A stretch of DNA of 64,000 nucleotides, taken from the NCBI RefSeq assembly GCF_006345805.1, contig NC_043000.1, positions 43,896,001 to 43,960,000 on the forward strand, written 5' to 3'. Shown here piece by piece: positions 1-13,441 of the stretch. This DNA is from Octopus sinensis. Lineage: Eukaryota. The position numbers were made by a program, and so were the translations under genes. The notes below the pieces were generated by a model. The model was given only the letters and a program-made list of their open reading frames with translations. It searched no databases and was not told the origin of the DNA. Positions within the stretch are counted from its first letter, which is position 1. Each line of letters opens with the position of its first letter.

Positions 1-633
1 TGTCTATGCAACGGAGTATTTCTCTCTCACTCCGTTCTCTTTGAATAATATTGTATTATTTGAACATGTTGAATTCTCAGGTAAGCTGTTTTGTCGTTCA
101 CTTCGCGGAAAATATACCACCCTTATTAATTACTACACTTATCGTCACAGAACAAATTTTATCGCGGGATTCATTTATAATCAAGTATTGTATATAATTA
201 TTATAGTCATATTTGAGATGATAAGGTTTCATTTTTGAGCAATGAAAATGCAGATTAATTAGTCATGAATCTGCTTGCTATTGGACAAATACTTTCCCCT
301 TTCCATCTGACTTCATCCTACCATGCCCATATATATCTTCAGAATACATGCTTACAGGTTACTAATTCCAATATTTCAGCAAATATACCTTTCAATTGGG
401 GAGAACACTAAATAAGAACTATTGGCTACGCATTCATGAAAACATACATACATGCATGCGTTATGGAAGTACACACAAATGCACACATACACATGTGACA
501 TTACTTTAATTTCTTCGTCTCAGTATTATTATTGTTGTTGCTATAAGTGTCGTTAATATAATTATTACTAAGTTTGATGCAATGGTCTTACTGCCTCCCC
601 GAAGTTGCTTGTCATGGACCAAAAATTGAAACA

Positions 634-661
634 ATTATTATTATTATTATCATTATCATGA

Positions 662-697
<36 letters not shown>
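634..697. repeat. (ATT)n microsatellite abutting the 3' end of an R4/Dong fragment
   Basis: Direct reading of ATT/ATC triplets. Confidence 0.95.
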
Positions 698-1622
698 TAT
701 GTTTGACTTTTGCTTTATATTTGTACAAGTTGGCTCCAAGTCTCACCCAGAGACCTCAAGAGACAACAGGGTTGGAAGTTCATGTTGTTGTTATGCCTAG
801 TGTGCCATATATTGGGGGGTGGGGATGTTGTACTAATGATGTCTTAAAAAAAAAAAGTTTTTTTTTTTTTTTTAAACCGAAAATTATGTTGTTTTAAACC
901 TTGAGGTTACATAGAGAGTATTTTGCGTAGGATATGAGCAGTTCCCATGAGCACTATCTTTTGAACTTCTGCCATTTTTGGGTTTCCTGGTATCTGAGTT
1001 AGGTAGCTATCAGCCCCTTTTGCTATCATTCCCAGGGCACCTATGACAACAGGTATTGTTTTAGTCTTCAGCTTCCACATTTTGCTGATTTCTATTTCAA
1101 GATCTTTATATTTGCTCAGTTTTTGGTAGGTCCTGACAGATACGTTTATATCGATTAAGACAGTCATATCAATCAGGAGGCATGTTCTTTGTTTGAAGTC
1201 TTTCAATATGATGTCTGGCCTATTTGCATCTATCTTCCTGTCAGTTTGAATGGTGAAGTTCCAGAGGAGTGAGATGTGGTCATTTTCAAGCACTGGAGGT
1301 GGTTTGTGTTCCCACCAGTTTTTTTCATGGGGCAAATCCAGGTTTTTACAGATTACCCAGTGAATATATTGTGCAGCTCTATCGTGCCTGTTGAGATACT
1401 CTGTAGGCGCTAGAAGACTGCACTTGGAGACCACATGGTCAATGGTTTCATTTTGTTGCTTGCATACACGACACGTTGGACTGCTTCTGATCTTTAATAT
1501 GTTGGCCTGGTAGTTTCTTGTTGGTAGGCATTGATCTTGAGCTGCTATGATAAACCCCTCTGTTTCAGATTTTAAGCCAGAGGCCATTAGCCATTGATGG
1601 GTCAGGGCTTTGTCGATATCTG

Positions 1623-1623
<1 letters not shown>
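698..1623 (-). mobile_element. 5'-truncated R4/Dong-clade non-LTR retrotransposon (CCHC zinc knuckle, restriction-like endonuclease, 3' UTR)
   Basis: ORF 907-1587 and its in-frame upstream extension read ADIDKALTHQWL.ASGLKSETEGFIIAAQDQ, CRVC..ETIDHVVSKC (CCHC) and RPDIILKD..CLLIDM..KLSKYKDL (PD-D/ExK RLE). (ATT)n flanks both sides. Confidence 0.9.
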
Positions 1624-1681
<58 letters not shown>

Positions 1682-1700
1682 TATATTATTATTATTATTA
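1624..1700. repeat. (ATT)n microsatellite at the 5' truncation junction of the R4/Dong copy
   Basis: Direct reading. Confidence 0.95.
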
Positions 1701-2649
1701 TCGTAATATATGCTTTATTCGTTGAACGATATTTCAACAGCTAGCCTGTCTTTGTCGAGTGACACATAGAAATTCACATCAAATTCAAAATTTGAATGAG
1801 GCAACCAGTATTTCCACATTGATGGAATAATACCATCGGACTTCACTTTTTCAAGTTTACAACTGGCTAAAAGAAAAGAAGGAAAGAAAATAGAAGAATA
1901 TTTAATTAAACAATTTTATGTAATTATGAAGAAATTCTCCCATCATTTTATTCATCCATTTAGGGGATGATGTTAATAACATACAAACATAATGTTCCTT
2001 ATGCCTATTGAGGACTAAATGTGTAAGAAATTCAGAATATTTTCTGAGAATATGCACTTTCAATATGCGCTTGATGTAAAATATTCAGGAAGTTATGTCG
2101 AACTACTGTTACAGTTCCTGATGTCATATCTGTGTCCATTGAATCTTTTGTTTAAATTGTTCTACTATACAAACAACACAAATTATGTATTTTTTTTTAC
2201 ATTCTGCAGCGTACACCATATGGGAAACACTACACATCCCACCTTCTGTGTAAATCATAACATATATGTTATGACTCCTGATGGATTCAATTGACTCGTG
2301 TTGCTGAACACAAGGAACAGAGCTTTCCTCTCTTCCGGCTAATTTTCAAGGTACAGTGTGTGGAAACTCCAATGTTAGTTTTCTTGGAGTCAGAAGTAAA
2401 GATTAATAACTATTAACCTTGTATTTTTATTCCGTGTAAAGGCTACAATAGGTGACTGAAGAAATATATGTTTCAAACGAGAATATTCTTCCGCAACATT
2501 CTGGTAGCTTTCATTTAACACTTTTGAAATGCTAGCAAAATTTCAGTGCCAGTTAATCACTAAAGGAATTCTGTCACATATTGTACTTTGTTTGCTAAAA
2601 TTATTCTTGACAGTTTGACTTTCCTTGTTAATCTTATCTATGTCATTTG

Positions 2650-4000
2650 CAATTTGTTATACTCGTGATTCACTATAAACGCGTTTGACATAATGGTGTA
2701 CAAAAGCATTTTCATGTTTCCAGTAATCCCCATATCAGTACAAATCTGTCAAAAACTGTGATTTCGGATTTGACCGAATTATATGATGTGGATGATCGTA
2801 GCGGTGGTGGAGGTATAAATGAAATGACGTGCGTTAGAAAAAGTACTCCGTCACTATTCTTCCTTCAAAAATTCAACGATAGTTTTTGAAAAACTAGACG
2901 TAAATTTTACGTTGGACTTTAGCTTAACGGTCACAGAAATGCAAGAAGTCAATTAAACTATTCTGTGATCCTTACTAGAAAAAACTGACGTCAAATTAAC
3001 CATAGTATTGGTTAATGACAATGTAGGGACTTGAATGTATTCAGTAACTGTGTTTCGAATTTTGTCATGAAGTCATTAGCAAAATTAACTAACATGGCGC
3101 AGCCCCTCGTCTGGTTGTAAAATGTTTGTCCAAACTTCATTTGGGCACATTATAGCAGAAACCTTAATCGACTATATAGAAAATAAAATGGGATACGTTT
3201 GTTTGGCCGTTTTTCGAAGGAATTCATGCATGACGCTATCCCTTCATCGTGGTCAATATTGGGATATAAGGAAGAAACATCCATGGTTACCAAAAAAAAA
3301 GTTTTCGACGTGGCACCAGCGCGTTAAAATGTTGCTGTTTTTAGACACAAAATCAATAATATCCCGAGAATAGGAACTTTTACAACAGGTAGTACAGAGA
3401 CATCCAGCGACTCCGAAGTTTTAACTGTACAACATTCATATCCGCTGCAAACTGCACGCATTGGGGGAAAATCTTTCGAACATTTTTTTGTAATTTGGGG
3501 AGACTATAACATGCAAATTTTATTTCTGATCTTAGAATCCTGGATTTTGCCTTAGTAATGAAATCGTTTTTCTCCATTTCCAGAAATATTTCATCAAGTT
3601 CCTCTTTGTAATGTGAGTTTGGAATGGCAGGCAATTCTTCATATGAAGTTTTGTCACGTTTCTTCACAAACCGAAATATGCACACTTTCATCCATTATTA
3701 GAATAGCGCCACCCTTATCCACCATTTTAGTAACCATAGAGTCATTATTAACAAGATGACGGAGTGCGTAAGGATAGGAATTTGTGACATTATTCCAGGA
3801 CGTCTTTCCATTTGCGTTAAGTCTTTTTCTAATATATGTCCCACAAGATGCAAGAAATCCCCGTATTTCTTCTGAACATCAATCCCAAACTGTATCTGGA
3901 TACCAATGGGGATTCTTTTCAATCTATTTATGCCAGATTCTATCATAATCATTTATAATTTCAGTAAATGATAACGAGAAACCAAAACACCCTATTCTTA
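2650..4000 (-). mobile_element. Degenerate Penelope-like element reverse transcriptase
   Basis: Manual minus-strand translation across stops and frameshifts: ALRHLVNNDSMVTKMVDKGGAILIMD (DKG motif), CYSLPKLQK (LPKxHK), MDVSSLYPNIDHDEGI, FYNQTRGCAM..FANDFMTKFE, SNVKFTSSFSKTIVEFL, YLHHRYDHPHHIIRSNPKSQF. Confidence 0.85.
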
Positions 4001-4926
4001 CTGAGAATAAAAATGATGATGATCGAATCTTGAATTTCTTGCACAACAGCAGTAATTTTATTCATCTGAATACACGTCATTCATTGGTTCAAATTACCGA
4101 AATACTACAACTTTAACGTGAAATAACTTCCTAAATATAAGCTTTTCTCAAAAATGCTAAGAGTAAAAGATGTCTTATATGACACATGCTACCAGTATCC
4201 GAAGTTTGAAAGTGTTTATTTACCAAAAAACAGTTTTGAAATATGTCGGTCAAAAGGTAAAGATCCGGGGTGGGGTTAGAGGCAGTATTGGTAGTTGGGC
4301 CTCAGATTCCTGTGCTATCAGAATGCTTGGAGTTGTAGTAATAGCGGATGCATCATATTATCATTTTTACTTTTATCATTGTCACCATCACCACCACTAC
4401 TATCGTTATCATTGTTACTATTTCCATTTATTATTAAAAGATTTTATTAAATGTCCTTTATTTTCAACTTTTGTCTTGTACTTGAGATAATCATAACTGT
4501 GTGGTTGTTGAAGGAAATAGTTGGTGTAGAGTAGCAGCTTGGTGAATAGATCGAATTCTACAGGTCTATAAATATATTCAGCAGATAGTGAGACGGTCAG
4601 CAAAAGAAGACAAAAGAATCTATGCATCTTTTGTGTCAGCAGAGGTAAAATGTGTTTACTACTACCAGTGACAACTGAGAGCGCTAACCTACGCCTTGAA
4701 TATAGATATACTGATATTCACGTCGTTGAATTTTTGAATTTTTGAATTCAACTGTATTTTTGCAATAAAAGTTATGCTTACATATTTGGGCAGTCAGGGA
4801 GATAAGTTTCAAGCAAAATTTAATAAATTAAAGATTTTAAGTCTTCTTGAGATGTTCGTTTGTCAGTCCAGTTTGAGAATACAGTAGTATTTTTGCAATG
4901 ACAAGAATGCTTACTTTTTCGAATAC

Positions 4927-4930
<4 letters not shown>

Positions 4931-5003
<73 letters not shown>

Positions 5004-5013
5004 TATTATTATT
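4931..5013. repeat. (ATT)n microsatellite
   Basis: Direct reading. Confidence 0.95.
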
Positions 5014-5014
5014 A

Positions 5015-5471
5015 TATGCTTGAATTTTGCTTGGTATTTATACAAGATAACTCCAAGTCTCGACCAGAGACCTCAAGAAACGAGTTAGCATTTCAAGTTG
5101 GTATTATGACTATGGTGCCATATATTTGGTTTTGCACAAAGTATCGTTCTGGAGAATGTGTATGAAAACGTAATGAAATTATAAGTTTGTATTAAAATTT
5201 AGGATTACATAGACAGTAATTTTCATAGGATATTGGCAGATCCTATGAGCACCATTTTTAAAATTTCTTCCACTTGGTAATTGAACTAGGTAGCAATCCG
5301 CTCTTTAGCTATCATTCCTAGGACCGTTAGGACCAGAGGTTTTGTTTTAGTCTTGAGGTTCCGCATTTTGCTAATTCCAATTTTAAGATCTTTATAAATG
5401 CTCAGTTTTCGGTAGGTCTAGACAGATACATTTATGTTGAACGGGACTGTAATATCGATGAGGAAGCATAA
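5015..5471 (-). mobile_element. Short degenerate R4/Dong 3' end (RLE C-terminus and 3' UTR)
   Basis: Minus strand reads FLIDITVPFNINVSV*TYRKLSIYKDLKIGISKM..KTKT, homologous to 907-1200. The 3' UTR shares ccaagtctc..ccagagacctcaaga with the copy at 698. Confidence 0.85.
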
Positions 5472-5474
5472 TAT

Positions 5475-5495
5475 TTGCTATTTGTATTATTATTA

Positions 5496-5580
<85 letters not shown>

Positions 5581-5600
5581 CATTATTGTTATTATTATTA

Positions 5601-5649
<49 letters not shown>

Positions 5650-5716
5650 CATTATTGTTGTTATTATTATTATTTTATTATTATTATAATTATTGTTGTT
5701 GTTGTTGTTGTTGTTG

Positions 5717-5759
<43 letters not shown>

Positions 5760-5766
5760 CATTATT
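5475..5766. repeat. Compound (ATT)n/(GTT)n microsatellite
   Basis: Direct reading; source of the poly-I/Y/L ORFs. Confidence 0.95.
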
Positions 5767-7887
5767 ACAATACGGTAGAGATTGTGCGATTGGAAAAACT
5801 GTACAGACATCGTAAAGGACAAATGTTTACTCGCGACTTTAGTTGTAATTGAAGAAGACATGTGTTGCATGCGTAGTGTATTTTTCCTGGCTGCTTAGAA
5901 TGTGTTTCCAATGTAAAGCATCTGATTCATTAAAGATAGTAGAAACAGTACGCTATTTTTTTCTTTACAAATTCCATATGCTGCTTAAAGGTATTTCCAT
6001 CAGTTTCACTGTATACTTTCTTTCTTGTAATGATTTCTTCCAAGGCTTTCTTGTTAATGTTAACACATCAGTTTAAAGATCAAATCGATTTATATCAAAT
6101 TCATTTTAATGCTAATTTACTATGTTCTGTTTTTTAGAGTGTATTAAGAGAAAATATACGCAACTCACTCATATACTGTTATATTTTGAATACAATCTAA
6201 TGATAATTATCCTTCTGTGATCCGGAGAAATATTCGTGGTGGTGGTCGTCGTCGTGTGTGTGCGCGTGGGGGTGGAACTTGTGGTACCCTTACAAATGAA
6301 GACAATAATTTACAGGAAGCAATATTATATAAAAAAAGGTAATGGAATTTTCAGTAATTTCTATGAATGTGATACTTTCGAACAGTATATTCCACTCTCT
6401 GAAAAATCGACAAAAGGAAACAAAATGAATAACCCACCGTCAAAAATTCTCCCCCAAATGCTCTATAGTCAGTTCAGCAAGCTGTTAATGTAAGTTACAA
6501 CTGCGTAGATATTGTTTGATGTATTTATTGACTGAATCCTTACATGCACGTAACATTCGTGTTTATGGTGATATGATTAATGTTTGAAAAGTGCTGCAAA
6601 CTTGGTTGCAAACCTCGTTCTGAGTACTTTCCTTTCTTTCCCGTACATTACATTTTCGTAAATATCTATGTATCACTCGTCCTACCTATACCTCTATTTA
6701 TCTATATCCATTGCATTTGTGGAAATAAATATATTAGGAACAATTTCAGTCTAAAATTGATATTTATGCAGACGATCCTGGGAAACTCATGCGTGACCGT
6801 TTTCCCCGGTACAAGTATATGCAGGATCAGTGAGAGGGAGCTTTATGCTGAAGGCGTCGTGTTGAATGACGCATGTGTGCAGAGTTTTTGCCTTGACTTT
6901 AATCATAATACATACATTTCTTTTCCAGACTAAGAAATTAACTTAAAAATGCATTCTAATATCATTGATATTCTGTTCTAAGTTCGTTATGCCATACATT
7001 TTTCCAGTAAAATATTGATTATTTTGTCCAGTTTCTAATTTTATGCCATCAAATAAATTATTTTTTGGTACAGCATTTACAATATTACTCTTTATTCTAA
7101 TTATGGCATTTTCTTATCCTATCCATTCCTTTATATTGTTCAGTAATCTGGACAAGTCTGATAATAATTAAGTTCATCAGTAAAATGGTATGAATCATTG
7201 CTCTACCCATTGAGTAAGCTCAAGATAGGCAGAATTTGTAAATATAAGAAAACAACTTAGACAGAGAAGTGTGAAAAACACATCAATAGGCCATTTCACT
7301 CTCAATTCTGGAATACTTATACACCTATTTGCACATACATAACTAGACGGTAAGATACATATATCTAAATTCATACATAGATAGACACAACATACACTCG
7401 CACAATAGACACATCGCGTGTCTAGATAGATACACGCAACACACATTTGCACAAAAGACACACAACGTACGCGCGTATACATGTATAGATATACATATAA
7501 ATAGATGTTTAAACATCTATCTATTTACGTACCTATATACCTCACCCTCTCTCTCTCCCCTTCTATGCATATGCGTGTAAGATCCCGTGTGCTTATATCT
7601 GCATATAAACGTATGAATTTTATGTATAGATTATCAATTAATGAACGATATTCAGAGTGTTCATAAAAAATAGACATAGCTGATACTTTGATCATCCGCC
7701 AAATAATGCCGGTACGTGAAGAACGGTAGTTTTAATTATGATAAAAACGGTACGGAGTAGAAGAAAACATTTTCTATGAAGCTCAAACTGTATATCCCAA
7801 ATTGTAAACAACAGGAGTGAATTGCTTTTACTTTGAAAGCTAAATTACAACAACATTCTGTAATCAGATTCTTTTATTCTTTTACAT

Positions 7888-8023
7888 ATTTCAGGCAATT
7901 GACTGTGACCATGCTGGAGCACTACCTTAAAGGGATTTAGTCTAAGAAATCGACCCCAAGACTTATTCTTTGTAAGCCTATTACTTATTCTATCGGTCTC
8001 TTTTGCCGAACCGCTAAGTTACG
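7888..8023 (-). mobile_element. 3' fragment of a tRNA-derived SINE (family A)
   Basis: Matches the 3' half of the full copy at 17010-17403 (accatgctggagcac, atcggtctcttttgccgaaccgctaagtta). Confidence 0.8.
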
Positions 8024-9060
8024 ACACACATATTTCTATCAACGAAATCCATTTAGAGTATACCTGTAATTCAATTAACCCTTATATTCTATACCGTATT
8101 TTATGACATTTTATACTTATCCTCCTGTAAATAGTTCTTGTTATTGCTTTAATATCTACTATGTTATCCTACTCATATAATAATTTAATTCAGTTATAGA
8201 ATGTTTTTCATGATCTTTTTAACAAATTGTTTAAGAAAAGTCTCATTAGTTCTCTTTATACGGAGTATCCCATTTTTAGGTTTCAACTTTACTTTCTATC
8301 CTTATTCTGTATAGTGATATATATTTTCTCAATTTAATATAATAAATTTAAGTTATAAATTACTATTTCTTGAATCCTTTCAATTCTGATTTCGAACCCT
8401 AAAAGTTATGTTACTTATCTATTTTGAATTTTCATTATACTATCCTCGATTTGACAATCCAAATAAGTATTGGCCACCCTTATCCTTCTTTCTTCCTGTG
8501 ACCACCACTTCCCCATCAGTCATTCTCTTACCAGCAACTTTACAACACACCCTTCTATGTAGATAAAGTTAGATATACGGTTCCGGTGCATTGAGAGTCT
8601 AGTAGATTATCTGACATTAATTGACTTATCACCAGCAACTCCCTAGAGATTTAATTGTAAATCGTTGAAGACTACATGTACAATATGTCTTCTAAATATA
8701 AGTATTTACGTCACTACTTCTTACATCTTGACCCTCACTATTTCCTCTACTACTCTTTAAATTATAGCAAACTTAACAAGGTATGCATTATTTTCTAAAC
8801 TCATTCTGCCACAGGTATAACAATGAGACCAATGTAAATATTTTCATTTCCATTATTAATGTAAATTTGTTTATAAAAATGGTTTATGATTTATGTTTGA
8901 TACTTATGCAGTCATCTGAAGAGAGCGGTTTCTTTCAAATTGATATTATGTTCTCATTAATTAATTAAATGGAACCGCTTCAAACGGCAGTAATGTATTG
9001 GTACCTTTACATCTTTATTACTTATATATATATATAAATATAAATATAAATATATATATA

Positions 9061-10211
9061 TTTTTTTCTAGTTTCAGCTCAGAGCTGCGGCCATGCTGAT
9101 GCACCGCCGTTTTGTGCTACACTGTTATTACGACGAACCTCGTCTAATATGTGGCACTTGGTGAAGAATGGAGTTTGATACAGCTACTCTCCTTCGCACC
9201 TCTTGCCGTGAGGTAGATTCATCTGGGACTCTTGACAGGAAGATGTCCAGCTTTGATTTAAAAACCGCTACATCTACTTTGTCCAAGTTCCTCAGACTCT
9301 TTGGGAGAATATTAAAAAGCTGTGGGCCCCTTGAAACCCAGGCTGTTGCAGAAGCTGGTCCTGAAGCGTGATGGCATTGCTGGGATCTTTGGCACTATGC
9401 AGTGTCGTCCCGATCTAACATTGGTGTAGCTTACAATGCCAAAATTTGGCACAATTCATTCCAGGATCTTCCAGACATATATTACTGCATACCTCTCCCG
9501 TCTTCTCTGCAGGGAGTAGAGTCTTATCTGTTTCAACCTTTCCCAGTAGCTGAGCTGTTGCAAAGAGACGATCTTCTTTGTGAATCTTCTCTGGATTGCT
9601 TCAAGGTCCGCTGTTAATTTTACACTGGTGGGTGACCATAGCTGTGAGCAGTAATCCAGGCGACTGAGGACGAATGTCCGCCAGAGGACCATCATCGTTT
9701 CCTTATCTCTGGTTCTGAATGTTCTTAGTATCCACCCAGCCAGTCATCTGAACTTTGTCGCCAAACTGGTAATGTGCACTTGGAAAGAGGTATCATCACT
9801 GATGGCGATACTCAGGTCCCTCACAGACTTAGGCTCTGGGATTGAAATTCCCTGTAGACCGGTGTATCCTGTAAGTTTAATATTCAGTTTTGGATGCTGG
9901 TAGCGCAGGGCTTGGAATTTTTCAGCATTAAACTGCATATTATTATCCTCAGCCCATCTGTAGATTGAGTCCAACTCCTGCTGCAGCTGTGCAACATCGC
10001 TGGGGTTCTGTATTTTCTGCGAGACTTTCGTATCGTCTGCAGAGCTGGCCAGAGTGGCTATCCGGGCATTTGAGGGCATATCTGAGGGGGCCACTATAAA
10101 AAGCAGTGGTCCCAAGACAGTGCCCTGTGGAACACTGCTCACTATTTGTGTGTTCATAGAGGTGGCTCCATTAACCACTACTGCCTAAATCCTATCTTTC
10201 AGGAAGTCATG
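9061..10211 (-). mobile_element. 5'-truncated CR1/L2-group LINE (RT C-terminal half and 3' UTR)
   Basis: VPQGTVLGPLLF, SADDTKV, SRLDYCSQLWSP, YWERLKQIRLYSLQRRRERY; the frame continues to PQLFNILPKSLRN..FKSKLDIFL; ends in a stem-loop and A-rich tail. Confidence 0.9.
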
Positions 10212-10239
10212 TATATATATATACGTGCATATATATCTA

Positions 10240-11108
10240 CGAGGTGGTAACAAATATTTCGCGGACTAGCTCTGTAGCGTGCCAACAGATGGCAGCACAC
10301 GGATGCGTGCGAAGTGAGAGCTAACACTGAGGTTCATGAAACAGTGTGCCCAGCAAGACTGTTGTATTTACTTCACAAGTTATGAAATGTGGTTTAGGAT
10401 TACGCGTATGTTGAAATCTACGATTTTTGTCAAGGAGAAGGAGATGGAACAAAGTGCCTACGGACAAGTTTGCATGAAATTCAGGAAGTCTGTAAAAGAT
10501 TCATTCAACATGCTTTGAGAAACTTACAGTACTGCGGCAATAAGTCGGACGCAATCTTTTTAGTGGCACAGCTGCTTCAAATGATACAGCTGTATCAAGA
10601 GCATGCTCATCGTTTTCTCTTTCCAACATCTGCAGTTTTGTGCATCAAGAATTCGTGCGTCCAGGACGCTTCAAAGCATGTGAGAGAGAACATTCGACGA
10701 AAGCGACTGGATATATGGAACACCAAGAATTGCATTCTATCTGCTGGCAATGTATCCTTTCACCGAACTCGCCTCACTCGAATTTCTCGCCCAAAACAGT
10801 ATGTTATCGCTTTCGCACCCGCCTATTCGCCATATTTAGCACCTGCGGATTTCATCACTGCTCCACAATGAGACTGCACTTGAAAGGCCGCCTTTTTAAC
10901 GCCGTTGTTGAAATCCAGAGTGAAACGCAGAAGGTCCTCGACTCGCCTAAAAAAAATATTCCAGGCTGAATTTCAAAAATTGCAAAAAAAGCTGAGAGCG
11001 GTGTATTACGGCCACAAGGTTACTGTTACGAAGGAGATGGTGTTAAAACTTGGGTAAGTTCTTTTTAATTAAATATAACTAGACTGGGAATCGTTTGATA
11101 CCATCTCG
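10240..11108 (+). mobile_element. Internally deleted mariner (Tc1/mariner) DNA transposon
   Basis: Imperfect TIRs cgaggtggtaacaaa..gactag / ctagact..tttgataccatctcg after a TA; transposase remnants EQSAY..CMKFRKS..F.ML and AYSPYLAPADF (YSPDLAPxD motif). Confidence 0.85.
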
Positions 11109-11111
11109 TGT

Positions 11112-11161
<50 letters not shown>

Positions 11162-12121
11162 GTATATAACCGTACTGCTGTTAGATAAATCGTAGTTGAG
11201 CACTACTTAACCATTTGCTTTAAGTATCATCCCAAGAGGAAATAATAAGGATTATTTTATTCAAACCTCAAATTATTTAATAGATTGCATCTAGTTTCAT
11301 TCCCTTTGTGAATTTCATAAATCAGCATATCATTCAACGTCAGCTAAAACCGAGATCGCTGTATTTATTACACAAGTATTATTTTTCTAATCATTCGGTA
11401 CAGTATCTCCAATTTGCAATTTCTCTGAATACCACATTTTCAATTCTATAATCCAACATAGAGAGTTATTTGTTAATTTGTATTCTTTGCATTTTAAATT
11501 TTCGTAAAATTAATTAAATACCTTCAATCTATAAATGGGAACTGGTTATTGCAGTTATTAACTTTAAATCCTCCAAATTATATTAATTGTTATTATTCTA
11601 CTAAATACTAAATGAGAGCACAGTGTTTGCTCGCAGATAACATTTGGTTTTATATTTTCACACTTGAGAATCAAAAGAAAACATTAGAAAATGCTATTAT
11701 TATTACAAAACAGTGCTTTCACTGTTTCTGTTCCATTCAATATCTTCTTAGCTCTTTTCAATATATTTATTCATTTAATTTCAATTCTTCCAATGCCTAA
11801 ATATAAATATTAGATAAAATGAAAACTATTATTGATTTGTCTTCCGGTCATATGTCATAAGAACTTCGTATATACATGATCAATTTTACAAATATGTACA
11901 CACACAAGCATACTATATCTTATACATAATAATCATACCTATGTGTACAAGCAGATGCGCACATGATCACACACACACGTTGTGTCTCTCTCTCTCTTTC
12001 TATATACACTATGCCTGTGTTTGCGTATGTTTACATATGCACACGTATATATGCTAGTTAAAGCAAGAACAAGCAAATTTAATATTAATCTGTTACCATT
12101 ATTATTGTTGCTGGTGTTATA

Positions 12122-12142
12122 GTAATAATAATAATAATGATA

Positions 12143-12239
<97 letters not shown>

Positions 12240-12308
12240 TGATGATGATGGTGATGATGATAATAATAAAATAATATTAATAATAACAATAATAATAATA
12301 ATAATAGC

Positions 12309-12358
<50 letters not shown>

Positions 12359-12372
12359 TAATAATAATCTCA
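12122..12372. repeat. (AAT)n/(GAT)n microsatellite
   Basis: Direct reading. Confidence 0.95.
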
Positions 12373-13441
12373 TCATTTTTATCATCACTTCATCACCATC
12401 GCGATCACCCCTATTATAACTACTACTATTATGACTGCTGTTGTTGTTCTTGTCTTATGTTTTGTGTATAAATTTAATATTCCGTCAAACGGTTGCTTGC
12501 TATTATTCTGAAAAAGCAGTTGTATAAATCGTAAAATCTAAACTAAAGAAAATACAGCACCTCGCTTACGACGTTGAGGTGTTTCAATCCTTCTAATTAT
12601 GTCAGTAACATAAACCAAATATTTTACATGATTTTCAAATGATTTACGTGTACTTCTTAGATATATTAAGTTTATTTTCTTGGCTATTTCTCGCATTCGT
12701 TTTCAGGAGGTGAATTATAAATAAATATATTATTCTATAACATAGCTAAATACTACCATTTGATTTTATTAGACTACTCCCCTAAGCCCCAAATCTTGAT
12801 CATTGTCATCCAGTCAGTGTTTCAATCTCTACTATTTAAAAGAAAATGAGATACATTGTCTAAAAATTCATGTTTACGAGTGTCTTTGAGGGAAGGGTGT
12901 TTTACATTTATTGCACGACATGTGAAGATATAAGGGTTTTTTTCTGGTGTATTTCCTCTATGTAGCATCACAATGCATTCCTTGAATAGCAAACTTAGAA
13001 AAAGATGGAATGAAGCGCTTCTAAACTAAAACCATACTGAAATAGCTTCTGTGCATTTGAACCGAATTCCCTTGATCTGTAGAGTTATGCGATATTCGTG
13101 TTGGTTCCATTCACATCAAATAGTTTTCGAAACATCATACATGCTTTCGTATTTATCAAGCCTGGTAACAGTGACAATGTCGTTTACGAAACAAATATTT
13201 CTTAGAAATTTGTATGCGTGAAATAATTAAGCGTTACAAAATAGTATGAATTTATGTATCTGAAATAGTACAAATTGTAAACACCATCTCATTGAAGTAC
13301 CCACATAGTGCCCAATCAGCTAATGATCCAGTTGAAGTATCTTCATATATTTTCCTAAGCTACTGTGGAAGGATAATCACAGTGTATTCAAAAACAAAAA
13401 TCTATAAACAACGAAAAACTTATAAAGGGCAGAAATACCCA

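Noticed and set aside
5392-5870. ORFs with poly-I/Y/L/T runs, and similar ORFs at 574, 12176, 31155, 33011, 48638 and 53986-55251
   Set aside because: Translations of tri- and dinucleotide microsatellites that lack stops; no coding evidence
8030-8780. Strand-skewed region resembling a very old LINE endonuclease on the minus strand
   Set aside because: Only one vague motif (RIRVANTY); not enough to call
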